DNA of 64,000 nucleotides. Origin: Azolla caroliniana (taxonomy: Eukaryota; Plantae; Polypodiophyta). A model generated the notes under the pieces. The model had not been told where the DNA came from. It saw nothing but the letters and a program-made list of their open reading frames with translations, and made no database searches. Shown here piece by piece: positions 1 through 14,449 of the stretch. Every line of letters starts with the position of its first letter. Position 1 is the stretch's first letter. The position numbers and the translations under genes are program-made. The stretch is from positions 15,376,001 through 15,440,000 of the forward strand of contig JBHGNT010000012.1 in the NCBI GenBank assembly GCA_043228905.1. The letters run 5' to 3'.

Positions 1-2437
1 AAATGTAGTTCAAAGAAAAAATGGTTTGATAAAGAATGTCATGAAGCTCGAAAGTGCCTTATGATTTTGGATGTAGTTAAGGAAAATTACTAAAAGCATT
101 TGCATGAGTACAAAAGACTTATTCAAAGAAAGAGAAGAATATGGGAAATTACTCAACAATTTTTCCAAACGCAAGAGAAAGTGCATGCATGTACTAAAAT
201 TTGGGGAAATCTAAAGGGGAAATGTGTTGAGAGGTATGGTGGCTTCACTCTTCTTGACTTGTTTATGCATTGTAAGAATCTATATGAGCTATCTCTTGCA
301 GGAAAGATGATGTTTTATGGTTCTCTTTCACATATGTCTCCCTTCTTTACAATCGAAGATATATGCATAGGACTTAAGAAATTGGCTTCTTGAAAGGTAA
401 GTGATCTTCAATGTATAAAGGCTTAAATGCTCAAATGGACGAGATAGGGAGCACATGCATGGATAACATGGTATGCCGTATGATTAGACTACAAATTGGA
501 TCAAACCTTTACATAAAGGTGGAGTTGCAAATAACGTAAACAACTATCGAACCATCATGGTTGGCTCGTTAATGGCAAAACTATTTGGATGTATAATCTA
601 ATCAAGGATAAATGCATGGGCTGAAAAAAATGGTAAGAGAGCTTATGGACAAGTTGGCTTTTGAAAACACCATAACACCATTGATTACCTTGTCACCCTT
701 CAAGTATTAATGTAGGAAAGTCGTGTTGGAGGTAAAGGTTTATATTGTTGCTTTGTAGACTTCAAGAAAGCTTTTGATATGGTACTTGTTGTTACGGGCA
801 TGACCATATAATATCCCGTGGTGAGAATTTACCGTAGTATTCTATACACATGGATAAGTGTGAGGGTTAAACAAGAGTGTAAAGAAGGGGAGGATTACTT
901 TTAGTCCTCGGGATTGAGACAACCCATTAGGCCAAGTGTGAACTTGCCTGGGGGCCTTGGGTATCGCTATAAATAAGAGGCCTAGCTACCCTCATGTGAT
1001 CATCTTGTTGACTACGTCGAGACTCTGTCTCGTGGTGGGTCAACTCTTGTAGCGAGCGCGCCAACACTAGGTACGACTCGACGCCATGGCGGTGGTATGG
1101 GATGCCGATCGAGGCTCGAGTGTGTCTCGATCCCTTCGCTCGAGGGTGGTCGGGTGGATTGACACCCTTCTTTCTCTCTCTCCTTTCTATCTATCAATCT
1201 ATATTCTATCCTTATCTAATGCTTACATTAGTTCATGTCTCTAACACTTGTGAGCATCTTTGGAGGCGAATGGAAGAACTCGAGGTGCCAAGTGAATATA
1301 TGCTTGCAATTTCCTGAATATATGAGAATGTTTTTTTTATTTAAAGGAAGATGCACCTTAGTATATTACTTGAAAAGTCTACATAGAAAAAACAGAAGGA
1401 GACATTTCATCTCAATTCTTATTGTAAGATACAAAAGCTAGTAGATCTTATCAAACAAATGATGTCATATATGTCCACTATCCAACATAAAAGAAGGTAT
1501 GGCATAATTCCACTTCGGACCAGTAGTTGTATCTGAAAATAATTGGTTGGCTCGTTAATGGCAAAACTATTTGGATGTATAATCTAATCATAGATAAGTG
1601 CATGGGCTGAAAAAAATGGTACAAGAGCTTATGGACAAGTTGGCTTTCGAAAACACCATAACACCATTGAGTTCACCCTTCAAGTATTAATGGAGGAAAG
1701 TTGTGTTGGAGATAAAGGTTTATATCGTTGCTTCGTAGACTTTAAGAAAGCGTTTGATATGGTACCTCGTGACCATCTTTAGCGGTGAATGGAAGAACTC
1801 AAGGTGCCAATTGAATATATGCTTGCAATCTCTATAATGTATGAGAAGGTTATATGTTGTGTGCGTATGTGCGATAAACTTTAAGATTTTGTCGATAACA
1901 CTATTGGTGTGAAGCAAGGATGCCCACTCTCACCAACACTATTTGGTAGATATGCATTGATGAATTGGAAGAAATGGTTGCCAGGTTTGTAAAGGAAGAA
2001 GGTATTGAAGAAGTTGCAATTGAGAATGTTGTCATTATGCTTTTGTTATATGCGGATGATGTAGTGCTTTTTGCAAATACTTTAGGAGATGTGCAAAAGC
2101 TTATGAAGACATTGGAAAAACTTTGCATGCATACGAACTTAAGTGTTAATAGCTCTAAAACAAAGATTATGCTTGTGAAGAGCCAAAAAAGAGATAAGCC
2201 ATTCATTATGGACAATAATGAGCCACTGGAATGTGTGGAAAGCTTAAATATCTTGGCCTTGAAGTTCCTTTAAATCGTAGATGGAATGAATGTGCTATAC
2301 ACCGATTAAAGGCTGGAAAGCGAGCATATTATGCATTTGAGAACACATGCAATTGTGGAGATATTAAGTGTTGGGTCCTTAAGGAATACCTTTTTGACAC
2401 TTTGGTGACATCAGTGCTTCTCTATGGGGTGGAAGTA
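1..2437 (+). pseudogene. Degraded non-LTR retrotransposon (LINE) reverse-transcriptase region, partly duplicated and interrupted by a solo LTR
   Basis: RT motifs in broken frames: YRTIMVG (~545-565), CFVDFKKAFDMV (~748-785 and ~1728-1765), GVKQGCPLSPTLF (~1906-1945), LLYADDVVL (ORF 1965-2273), KYLG (ORF 2231-2440). The segment starting tggttggctcgttaatggc occurs at ~558 and ~1545. Confidence 0.85.
790..1246 (+). mobile_element. Solo LTR (family A, chromoviral Gypsy LTR)
   Basis: TGTTA...TAACA termini and a 5-bp TSD CTTGT (785-789 / 1247-1251). Closely similar to 6344-6798 and to the reverse-complement of 42106-42553. Confidence 0.9.
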
Positions 2438-3712
2438 TGATGTATATGGGGATCAACCACAACCGATTGCTCAAGTACTGTTGAGAAAGAAAACAGAAAA
2501 CAGAAAACAGAAATATGGAGACACAAGTATTTTTCGTGGAAAACCCGAAATAGGAGAAACCATGGGAGCCCACAAACTCCGAATTGAATCACTATATCGA
2601 GAAGAAATACACAATAAAAATGTCAAGGCAATGACCTTGAGTTCTTCCTCGTTTGACAAACGGCTACAGAATTACAACTCTCTCACACACTCTCTAGTTA
2701 CAGAGGCAACAAACCATAATAACTATACAACAATAATCAATAACCCATTCTAACTAGCCCTAAGTATATTTATACTCATATACAAGTTGAGCTATTTACA
2801 ATATAACCCACTAAGGGCACAATGAGGCTATTAGCCTCGACTCAGCTTTGACTGATTCGACTATCAACCGAATCGATTATTAGTCGATTTTTGACCTCGA
2901 CTGATCCACCTCATGCTCTTCCCATCCGGAGGGATCGATTTTCCCAACAAAGTCCCCCTCCACTCCAACATGGGGTGTTTCGTTAGTTTGACCCTTCTTC
3001 GACACGCATCCAATTTTTCGGTCGACGACACCTTCGTCATCATGTCCGATCCATTCTCCGTTGTGTGCACCTTCACTAGAGAAAACTCCTTCTCGTCTAC
3101 CCACTTCGGGATCCAATGGTTTCTCCTTTGGATATGCTTGGTCCTTGAGTGGTAGGTGGCATTTTTCGCAAGGTGGATGGCACTTTGGTTGTCGCAGTAG
3201 AGTCAGAATTCCTCTTGTCGAATCTCTACCCTCCGATGAACTCCTTCATCCAAACTATTTCCTTGTCGGCTTCCGTTGCGGCCATGTACTCCGCTTCCGT
3301 GGTCGACAAAGCCACAACCTTTTGCAGCCTCGATTGCCATGAGACGGCTCCCCTTGCATATGTCATCACATATCCGTACGTGGACCGGTTGGTATCTACA
3401 TCAACCGACATGTCCGAGTCAGTGAAGCCTTCAAGTATGGGTTTGCCTAAGCCGAATCAAAGACGCACTCGAGGTGCCTTTCAGGTACCAAAGTATCCTC
3501 TTGACCGCTGCCCAATGCTCTCTTCCGGGGTTGCTCATATATCGGTTGACGACTCTGATTGCGTATCCGATGTCCGGCCTAGTACATACCATCACGTACA
3601 TGAGACTTTCAACTATTGAGGCATAAGGGAACTTATTCATCTCAGCCTTCTCCGTTTTCGTCTTCGGACATTGACTTCCGGATAGCTTATTGTTTGTCGG
3701 TAATGTTGAACT

Positions 3713-4011
3713 TGTCGAATACGGGTCTCTAATGGCCGTATTCACACTGTCCCTTTGGATAGTCTAGGTTTAGGACATCTTTGTAAATATTTCAAAGGGC
3801 AGTTGCCCTAGCCCAGTTAGTATATAAAGGGCTTTGTAACCTAGCTCATAAGTTGTTGTTCATCTTGAATAATATTGTTACATCTTATGTGCCTATTTGT
3901 CTCTCTCAATCTCCGTTTCAGAATTTTTATCTTGCCTCCATCTTGTACACTTAGTGATCTTCATGTCAAGGTGCTCTTGATGTTCCACATTGACGGTCTC
4001 AATTCTCAACA
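3713..4011. mobile_element. Short solo LTR inserted in Copia RT
   Basis: TGTCGA...TCAACA termini, TSD gaact/aaact (one mismatch) and an internal TATATAAA. The Copia RT reading resumes across it. Confidence 0.7.
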
Positions 4012-6343
4012 AAACTGGCCGGCTTCGCGTCTTGCATATTGAATCTCTAGAGCACCTTTGTCACATATTTCTCCTATGACAACCATAGCAGCTTCTTTGT
4101 CCGGTCTCGGACAATGTGCATAACTAGTATCTGCTTTGCCAGACCCATATCCTTCATCGGGAATGACTTGCTCAGGGCCTTCTCCTTGCTTCCGATTTTC
4201 TTCGGGTCTTGTCCGACAATTAGCATGTCATCAACATACAACAGGAGGATGAGAAAGTCTCCTCCACCATATTTCTTAAAAAAAACATAGTGATCGGCTT
4301 GTGTCTTGTTGAAACCGTGATCCACCATGAAAGATTCAAACTTTTGGTACCATTGCGCTTTAGTCTGTAAAGGCTCTTTCTCAACCAACACACTAGATTC
4401 TCCTTTCCCTTTTCGACACATCGTTCTGGTTGCTGCATGTATATCCCCTCCTCAAGATCACCATGCAAAAATGTCGTCTTGACACCCAACTATTCAACTT
4501 CGAGATCAATGGTGGTTCTATGCTCAACACTGTTCGGATGAATGTCATCTTCACTATCGAGGCAAATATTTCATCGAAATCCACATCCTTCTTCTGTTGA
4601 AAGCCTTTCACCACGATTCACGCTTTGTATCTGGGTGGATTCCCACTTCGTTTCAACTTGTATACCCACTTATTTCAGAGTGGCTTCCTTTCGGTAACTC
4701 CATCATATCATATGTGTGGTTATCATCCAGATAATTCACTTTGTCCTGCATGAAACATTTCCACTTTTTGTTGCGAGTGTCCGCCTTTGCGTACTCGAAG
4801 CTTTGCGGCTCCCCCTCTTCGGTTAGCAACATGTATTCTTTATCTGGAAATCTCCGGGGAGGCTTTCTCTCTCTTAGAGGGTATCTCCTTCCTCTGTTTT
4901 CTTCAGCTAGTTGTCTAGGTCCTTTCTCTTCTCCTTCGTCTGGTCCGTTGTCTGATTTGGAGTTGACTACTCCTTCCTCTTCGGATCCGACCGAGTGTCT
5001 ACCTGTCGATCCGGCTCCGAATCTGACTTCATGTCCAAATCTGATTCTCGACTGATCTCCGACTGATCCAACTCCCAGTCTGAATTCGGTCGACTCCTTC
5101 ACTTCTTTAGTTGGTGTTCGACTTCCGACTGGTCGGGAGGACGTATCCGAGTTCTCTTTCTCCCAGTCGACGATTGTCTTTTCTTCCTTAAAGACAATGT
5201 CTTGGCTCCATATCACTTTCTTCTCGGCTAAGTCCCATATTTGATAGCCAAATTCGTTGTCGCCGTATCCGAGAAATATGCATGGCCTAGTTTTCAGATC
5301 TAGTTTTCCCCTCTGGTCCTTAGCAACATGCACATAGGCAAGACAACCAAACACCCTTAGGTGTCGGTATGAGACATCCTTGCTGGTCCACACCCCTTGT
5401 GGAATATCTACATCCAAGGATGCCGAGGGTGATCTGTTTATCACGTACACTGCCGTCAGCAACGCCTTAGCTCAAAATGTCTTGGAAAACTTGGCATGTG
5501 CTAACATATTTCGGACCCTGTCCATTATGGTCTGATTCATCCTTTCAGTCCGCCTGTTGAGCTCTAGCGTCTTTGGCATGGTGTACTCGAGTCGGATTCC
5601 CTTCGCTCGATAGTATTCTTGAAACAATCCTTGGTATTCTCCTCGGTTATCCGCTCGGATAGCTTTCAATTTTAGGCCAGTCTCCCTCTTGGCTCTCACT
5701 TGGAACTCCTTGAAGAAGGATAACACCTGGTCCTTCGTCTTCAATACGGAAGCCCACAACTTCCAACTATAGTCGTAAATGAAGGTCACAAAATATTGTG
5801 AGCCGGCAAGTGACTTAGTTTCTATGTAGCATACATCAGTATGCACGAGTTCCAACGGCATTCTCTTCCTTATCGGGGGCCTAGTTCGGAAGGAGGTTCT
5901 ATTCTGCTTGTCGGCCAAGCAATCAGTGCACTTCTCAAGTTGCACGTTTTTCACCTCCGAAATGAGGTTATCATCGGTAAGTCTCCGCATCCCTTTCTCA
6001 ATCATGTGACATAGCCTCTTGTGTTACAACTCACCGGTTGTGCTAGTTGCCACATTCACTTCCTCTAGGCATAATTGAGCATGCATTAGATATAGTGTGT
6101 TGGTTTTCTGGGCTCCGGCCACAATCAGGCTTCCCTTGCAGAACTTCATAGTGTCGTTCCAGATGATACCTGTGTAGCCTTCATCATCCAGCCGACTGGC
6201 TGATATCATATTCAATTTGACTTTCGAAACGTGTTGAACATCTCTCAATACCAGTCTGCACCTGGTAGACGTTTCCAAACACACATCTCCTATGCCAATG
6301 ATTTGGCATGTTCCTTCATTTCCCATCTTTACAACACCGTGGT

Positions 6344-6798
6344 TGTTACGGGCATGACCATATAATATCCCGTGGTCAGAATTTACCGTAGTAATCTATA
6401 CACGTGGATAAGTGTGAGGGTTAAATGAGAGTGTAAAGAAGGGGAGGATTACTTTTAATCCTCGGGATTAAGACAACCCATTAGGTCAAGTATGAACTTG
6501 CCTGGGGGCCTTGGGTATCGCTATAAATAAGAGGCCTAGCTACCCTCATTTGATCATCTTTTGACTACATCGAGACTCTGCTGGTGTGGTGGGTCAACTC
6601 TTGTAGCGAGCGCGCCAGCACCAGGTACGACTCGACGCCACGGCGGTGGTATGGGACGCCAATCGAGGCTCGAGTCCGTCTCGATCCCTTCGCTCGGGGG
6701 TGGTCGGGTGGATCGGCACCCTTCTTTCTCTTTCTCCTTTCTATCTTTCATTTCTTTATCCTTATCTTAAGCTTACTTTAGTACTAAGATCTATAATA
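6344..6798 (+). mobile_element. Solo LTR (family A) inserted in Copia pol
   Basis: TSD GTGGT (6339-6343 / 6799-6803). Homologous to 790-1246. The terminal CA has mutated to TA. Confidence 0.9.
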
Positions 6799-7730
6799 GT
6801 GGTCTCTAGCTCTGTACAATGAGAAGCATCCTCTGTTGGGGGTCAGGTGGAACGATGCACTTGAATCGACCACCCATGTCGATTCTTCGCCAACGAGATT
6901 GTCTTCATTTTGTTCACTAATGAACAACATCTCCTTTTCACTCACGATGATTGTTGAAGTGTTCTTTCTGTCCCAAATTTTCTTCAGCTCTACACCAATC
7001 AGCTCCCCCTTTGTCCTTTCGGTAATGTCGGCAATTTTTTTGGAAGTGCCCCGGCTTCCCACAGTAGAAGCACGACCTTGTCCCCGACTTCTCTCGGTTC
7101 TGGGGACTTCTATTCCGGTCTCTTCCCCAATTTGTGTCACCTTCTATGACTAAGGCCTTTGGGTCGATAATGGACTCTTTGTCCTTCCGACGAGCTTCCT
7201 CATTTAGTAAGCTTGACTTCACCATCTTTAGGGATAGATGCTTCCCTTCCGGTTTGGCATTTCCCAATGTGACAACGAGTGTCTCTTAGTTGTTCGGAAG
7301 GGATCCCAGCAACAATGATGTTAATACCTCATTGGCAATAGGTACTTCTAGAGAGGTGATCTGATTGATAAGTCCTTGGAAAGCATTCAAGTGCTCCACT
7401 ACGCTGGAGCCAACAATAGTATGTTTGTTTGTATTTTAATTGGTACTTGTGGCACCTAACAAAGGGATTAAAGGATGTCACTCCCCAATTGCAAACACTA
7501 TATCATCTTTGAACACATAAAAATGCTTACCTATCTACTCCATGCAACCATGCAAGTCTCAAATGCTTCTTAAGTTAAATTAAAAATTAACACATATATA
7601 GTCACTACACCTATTAAGAAAAATGTTGGTCTTAATTAAATAAATAATTGCTAGATAAGAAACATACAAGATGTCTAAACTAATTAGTTGAATTTTTTAT
7701 TAGGATCGGAACCGACCACAACCAGTTAAT

Positions 7731-8250
7731 TGTACATATGTTTGGGTGCAAAGAATCGACAATGACAATGCACAGTCAGAAAAATAGAAAAACGAAAACT
7801 CAGAAATGAGTCAAGGATATTTAACGGGAAAAAAACCACAGGAGTCCTCGAACTCCAAACTAGATCACTATAAGGGGAGGAGTACAACAAGAAGCTCTAA
7901 GGCAACAACCTTAAGCTCTCCTTCGTCAGTCAGGCGGCTATAGAGTTACTCTCACTCTCTCTCACTCACTCACTCTTACACAATTACTGAGGCGACTACC
8001 CTCTACGTAACGATACAGCTATAATGATTCAACAACCCTCCTAAAGTTTGCCCTAGTTGTATATAGACTCATATACATAGCAGACTATTTACAAATATAG
8101 CCTCCATGGGCACATCTCGACTATTTACAAATGTAGCCTCCTGAATTGGTTATATAATTGATTCTTGATTTTGGCCTCGACCAAATTTCACAGGTTTCTT
8201 TGATTCGGGTCGTTCTCTTCTTCCCATCCGAAGGGACCTGTTATCCAACA
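7731..8250 (-). mobile_element. Copia-type LTR remnant, related to 2438-2949 and 46262-46934
   Basis: The minus strand starts TGTTGG...CGGATGGGAAGA like the other Copia LTRs. No TSD was found and the left boundary is approximate. Confidence 0.55.
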
Positions 8251-9260
8251 TTTTTTTCATAGAGGAAAGGAGGTCTTAGTAGATCCAAAATGGGAGAGCT
8301 TGAGAGGCACAAAGGGAGCCCCAAAGTTAGGGCACCCAAAGGACTTTTAAATAAGAGCCTTTGCTCGCCCTTTTGTACAAGTTGGAAACCTTGAAAGGCC
8401 CTTTTCACTTTATAAACCTATTGGGTAATCGTTGCTACTTAATAAAGGTTAGTTCCCCACAAATTGCAATATGACTAGAAATCGGCAACAATACGGTTTA
8501 GTTTGATTGGGAGTCTCAAAATCAAACTTGTTTAAAAATATTCGAAACTTAAACCAAACAAAATAGAACCACATTTAAGCCTTTCAAATCAAATGATTAT
8601 AGGAATTTCCAAGCTCAAACCAAATGGCTCTATGAGATTTACGAACCGTTAAGCTGTGGTTTTGCAGTGCAGTTTTGTGTCTCGGAGATGGTCAATTTCT
8701 TTTCGCAAGCAAGGGGTAGGAGAGCTTAATTTCGGAGGCTAGCTTTCGACAAAGATTGGTGAGCTTTTAAGCGTTTTCTTATTTCTCTCCATCATGATTG
8801 TGCATATTCCATCATGACCATCCATGAATTACCCATGACACATCCATGCCATACCAAGGACATACATGCAACCATGTATACCGTTTCATTCCATGTTCAA
8901 CAAAGCATTTTCTAAATCATACAATAATCATAGGAGATTCTTTAGACATCAACGGTATATTGTACAATGGCAAACACTACATCAACTTTTTATGACATGC
9001 CTTTAAAAAGAAAAAAAGTCATTTAGGAGGCAAATCAAGTTTTCATTTTGCTACTATATCTTCCGGAAAATTTGATTAGGGATTCATTATGGCTTTTCAT
9101 TTTAGTCCAAGTATCCACGCGAATGAAATATTTCTTGTTTATACCGCAAAAATTCGTTCATACACAAATCTATCAATCATCTCCGCTAACTGAAAATTTT
9201 GTTGCATTACACCCTCTCTTTGGATGCAATGCAGCCTGTGTAGTGGAGTCAAAATCTGTC

Positions 9261-12200
9261 CTAGTAACCATATCCTGCACAACAAATAAGTAAATTCTCT
9301 GAGCATTTCTCCTTTTAAACGCATTTCACTTAACCATGACGTTATGTTACAGTATTGTTTTATATTATATGTCAAATGATCACAATCCATCTATATTCTT
9401 AAATGATACATACCTGAATTATCCATTGGATTGCTGGGAACAGCAGGAGCTTCAGGTTCTTTGATTTCAAACACAACAGCATCTGATGTGAGAAACGTCT
9501 TTGCAACAGATCCCGCATGCTCTAGGCAACATCTTACCACCTACATTTGAAACAAAAAAAAATAGTATTATGCTTAATAAGTCTTACTCGGAAACCTTCA
9601 TAACTTTATAATCCTAGTTTACATAATGCTCCAAAAAGAAAGACAAAATATCTGACCTTTGTCGGATCGATAATACCAGCAGCCATGAGATCTTCATATG
9701 CACCCGTTGCAGCATTATATCCAAACTTGAAATTATCATTCGCCAACACTTTTTCCACCACAACACTCCCATTCACTCCTGCATTCTTCGCTATCAATTT
9801 CAATGGATACCGTAAAGCTCGCTTCACAATCTCTGCACCAATCTTATATCACACAAAAATAGAAATAAAGATAAAGAAAAAGAAAAAGAAATGTAGATAG
9901 AGAAAGCATCTTTTTAAGCTATTGGATTTTAGAAAATGATTTGTTATGTTTGAGAGACCTGTTGCTCACGATCCTCCAAAGATTCTTTGATCGCATCTAC
10001 TTTAACAGCGAGGCGCAGAAGAGCACAACCCCCACCCACAACAATACCTTCCTCAACAGCCGCCTACAGCAATACCCAACAAAAAGTTTGGAAAGCATCG
10101 TCATTAGCAATCTAATTGTCATAAAGCTGTATAAATTAATATTACATATATACAGTTTACACTTTATTTGTACTGCATGTCTATAGAGATACAGTAAGAG
10201 TCATGTGCTGCTTCAATTTAATACCTTTGCATTCAAATGTGTTGTTAAACTAGCTTTTAAACACATTTCTTTAAGATTTATGTTAAACATTGTTGCTAGC
10301 CTATTAGGAGTTGATCCTCTAAATGAAATTCTAGAGAATTCATTGGGTTTTCTTATGATTTTGCAATGTGTTGAAAACTGGATTTTTTAACATTCCACAG
10401 TTTTTTCACAAAAACATAAATATTACAATTATATAAAGAAGGATATACACACCTTAGTTGCATTCAATGCATCTTCAACTCGAAGCTTCTTTTCTTTTAG
10501 CTCGGTTTCTGTTTGTGCGCCGACCTTAAAATCTCAATGAAATGACATAGAAACCTCAATAAAAATTCTCACAGCTGAACACAATATACTGAATTTTAAG
10601 AGTCATGATAACAATTTTCCCCGACATACTTCCAAACCAATACATACCTGGATTATAGCAACCCCTCCAGACAACTTGGCTATTCTTTCACTAAGCTTCT
10701 CCTTCTCATAATCTTGCTCAGCATCCTAGCAAAAAAATCATAATAAGTAGCAGTACAAGTAATCATCACACGTTAAATGAAGTAACACTATAACCAACAA
10801 TCATGTAAGACGCATAAGTGGCACAAACAAACATGCATGAGACATATGTAGCACTATTAAGGAACAGAAAAAAGCTTTACGAGACCAAGAAACTTAAAAA
10901 TTTCACTGAAGTATAGGCTGATATCCAAGCCATTCATGTAAGATATCTAATTTAAATATTAGTAACCTCAAAAATGGAAACTAGAAAAATTTACGTTTTT
11001 AAATCAGGTATAAACTAATTCGAGCCAGCCAATTCATGCAAAACGGTAATTGTGCATATCTTATTATAAGAAACAGCGGAAGTGACTCGGAAAGCAATAC
11101 CTCAAGTAGAGTTTTGATTTGTGCAACACGCTTGCTGACAACATCTTGGGTGCTTCCATCCCCAACAATGGTAGCTGTGTCCTTTGTGAGAACGACGCGA
11201 GCAGCCGTTCCTAGTACCTCCCCACCAACTTGATCCAGTGAGAGTCCAACCGCATCTCTCACCACTGTGCCTGTAGCACATAGCATAATAGCATGACATA
11301 GAAATCACAAAACCAGGTGAATATCAAAACTATAGGTATATATATAACATTTGTAGGTCTACATAAAACACATAGCTAGACCCATAACATTTCGATGAAA
11401 AATAGAGAAACATGAAGTCAGGGGAGTTATATATGTGAATTGGCAAGAAGTGCATTATTGGGATAGGTTTTACCTCCAGTTAGAATAGCTATATCATCGA
11501 GGTACTGACTCTTTCTTTCTCCGAATCCGGGTGCTTTGAGAGCAGCAATTTTTAAGGCACCACGGAGCTTGTTTACGACAAGTGTTGCAAGAGCCTCTTG
11601 CTCGATATCTTCAGCAATGATGAGAAGTGGATACCCTCCACGGATTGCATCCTCGAGGACACCGATGATGTCCCGAGCATTCGTAATCTTCTTATCGACT
11701 AGAAGCAGCTGAAAAACAAATTATACAAAAACCTCAAACAATCAATAGAAAGTTTACAAAGCCAAAAAAAATAAGTAAGTGAATTGTCAGAACGACCAGC
11801 AATTGATAATTGAGAGATTTGTGCCACTATTTCCGAGGTTATACACACCTTGCATGTAGTGTATTCTACTACCATTTTCTCGTTATCAGTGACGAAGTAG
11901 GGGGATATATATCCACGATCAAATTGCATTCCTTCCACTACATGCAATTGATTCTCAGCACTTTTTCCTTCTTCCAGAGTCACAACTCCCTTGCGCCCAA
12001 CCTTTTGCATGGCTTCAGCGATCATATTTCCAACTTCGTAGTTATTTCCAGCACTCACTGCGGCAACATCCACTAACTCACTATCCTCGACCTGTATCAA
12101 TCGATTGATATACAGATAAATATATGCACTCAAAACTCTATCCTCAGCGTGTATCTACTGATACACACAAAACACACACATACATTATATACATACATGC

Positions 12201-13869
12201 TACATACATAGATATACATACATTATATACATGCATGCATGCATACATTACAATACATATACAAATCATAAACTTATGTATGATAGACAGCGTATGCTAT
12301 TCTAAACCTCTTTGGATAACTTCTTCAATTCCTCAACTAATGCTTTCACAGTCTTCTCAATGCCACGCGCAATCTCGATAGGGTTCGCACCGGCAGCAAC
12401 TACCTGGAAGTATGCCAAGTTAAAACGAAACATGAAAAATGAAACAATGCCCAACTAGAAATATTGAGGACCCATAAGATCTATCGCCAAACCTTAACAC
12501 CCTCGGCTATCAGACCCTGTGCAAGAACCACTGAAGTGGTGGTCCCATCTCCTGCAAGATCATTGGTCTTTGCAGCTGCCTGCCTGACGAGCCTTGCTCC
12601 AATGTTCTCAACAGGATCTTCTAACTCGACCTAGAAAGAATTTCCATACCAAGAACATTACATGCTAAAGCATAATGTCAAACACTTCTCCCTTATACAC
12701 CATACTCAGCCTATGGAAGGATCTCATACAAGAAACTACATGCTAAAGCAGAAATGTGAATACATATTTCTTTTAAGTCCTAATCAACCTCGAAAGGATT
12801 CCATTCACGATAATTACATGCTTTTAAATGCGAAAACATTTTTCCTCTACACATGGCATACCATAAGAGTCTTTAGAAGAAAATATAATGTGTGAGATAG
12901 GGCCAAGATCATGGCGAGGATTGAAATCCAGTTCGCTCTATTGAATAAGAAAAACAAAGAGAAAGTTGAAGAATACCTCCTTGGCCACAGTGACTCCATC
13001 GTTAACAATCTTGGGAGCACCAAACTTGCTTTCCAAGACCACATTCCTTCCTTTCGGGCCAAGGGTCACTCCAACCAAATCGGCTAACTTGTCCACGCCA
13101 GCCTAGTATGATCACATTTATGTCAAAAAGAACTCAATCCTCTCCTTCCACAAATTATTTACATTTACAGGGGAATAATTTTGTATGTATAGAACAAATA
13201 ATTTTGTATATATGTCAATGCATTCCCATGGTTTCTATGTGTATACACACATGGACATGATTTCCATGTATATATGGACAATAATTTTGCATGCAAAACA
13301 TTATTTTGTATGTATATGCACAAATGGACGTTGTTTTGTATTTATAAACCACATGATTTTGTATATGTACCCACATATCACACGATTTTGTGTGTATATC
13401 AACACATTGACATGGTCTTGTATACCCTAAAACGCATTATCTTATATGTATATCCTCCACATATGGTCATGGTTTTGTGTGTGTATCAGCACCTGTATTC
13501 TGGTACTCCCTCATACAAAAACACATGAAAGAAGAGTATATATATGTATAAAGAAACCTGAAGCCTTTTTATGGTGGAGCCATCAGTGTTGAAACAGAGC
13601 TCTTTCGCCATAGCCCATGTCTGCACGGGAGCACCCCTCCTTCTCTGCACTCTGCAAGAGGAGGAAGAATTCGCATGGCCTTCCCTTAGGGACAGCGAGG
13701 AAGAGAAAGAGGAAGAGAAGGAGAGGGAAATCATCGAGGTAGAAGGGGGTAAAGAAGCTGCTCTCCTTGTTCTTCTGCCTGACGCTCTCAGGAGATGGAG
13801 TGCAGAAGAGAAAGAAGGGGAGGGAGAGGAGGAAGGAGTGCAGAGAGCAGCAGAGGAAGAAGAAGCCAT
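9261..13869 (-). CDS. CPN60B: Chloroplast chaperonin 60 beta subunit (RuBisCO large subunit-binding protein beta), 13 exons, ~633 aa including a Ser-rich transit peptide
   Basis: Exons with GT-AG boundaries: 13869-13558, 13102-12977, 12630-12493, 12403-12308, 12091-11849, 11708-11474, 11270-11101, 10725-10648, 10524-10453, 10063-9959, 9842-9657, 9540-9414, 9274-9261 (1902 nt, in frame). GroEL motifs [31 protein letters not shown] and [12 protein letters not shown] are present. The C-terminus NPMDNSGYGY* is typical of plant Cpn60-beta. An in-frame upstream ATG at 13875 is possible. Confidence 0.95.
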
Positions 13870-13942
13870 ATCCATATCCTGTAGCTTTTCCTTGGAATGG
13901 AAATCCTGCTCTGCTTCAATAAGAGTTTGTGAAGAAGAAGAT

Positions 13943-14200
13943 ATATATGTATAATGTATAATGTATAATGTATAATGTATAATGTATAATGTATATGTAT
14001 ATGGAGTATATGTATATGTATACGTATAATGTATAATGTATATGTATATGTATATTTGTATGTATATGTATATGTATATCATATATGTACATATATGTAT
14101 AATGTATAATGTATATGTATATGGAGTTTGTTCACATGTTACATACATATATTTGTATACATATAATGTATAATGTATATGTATATGGAGTATATGTATA

Positions 14201-14276
<76 letters not shown>

Positions 14277-14282
14277 ATGTAT

Positions 14283-14335
<53 letters not shown>

Positions 14336-14440
14336 GTATGTATATGTATATGTATATATATATGTACATATATGTATAATGTATAATGTATAATGTATAA
14401 TGTATATGGAGTTTGTTCACATGTTACATACATATATTTG
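13943..14440. repeat. Compound AT-rich microsatellite, (TATATG)n/(ATAATGT)n, immediately upstream of CPN60B
   Basis: Directly visible short tandem repeats. They generate the spurious YI/ICIC ORFs in the track. Confidence 0.95.
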
Positions 14441-14449
14441 TCATCTCAT

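Larger units (their letters stand above)
2438..7410 (-). mobile_element. Degenerate, 5'-truncated Ty1/Copia element, a relative of the intact copy at 46262-51721
   Basis: Fragmented gag CCHC knuckle (CFYCGKPGHFQKNC), protease (WVVDSSAS), integrase (HTDV...IRADNRGEY), RT (LYVDDM) and RNase H (ALSTTEAEY). The 3' LTR is ~2438-2949, starting TGTTGGG on the minus strand after a polypurine tract. Confidence 0.88.

Noticed and set aside
13876-14433. N-terminal part of the 315-aa ORF (13486-14433) and overlapping YI/IC-rich ORFs
   Set aside because: These are microsatellite translation artefacts. Only 13869-13558 is the real CPN60B exon 1.
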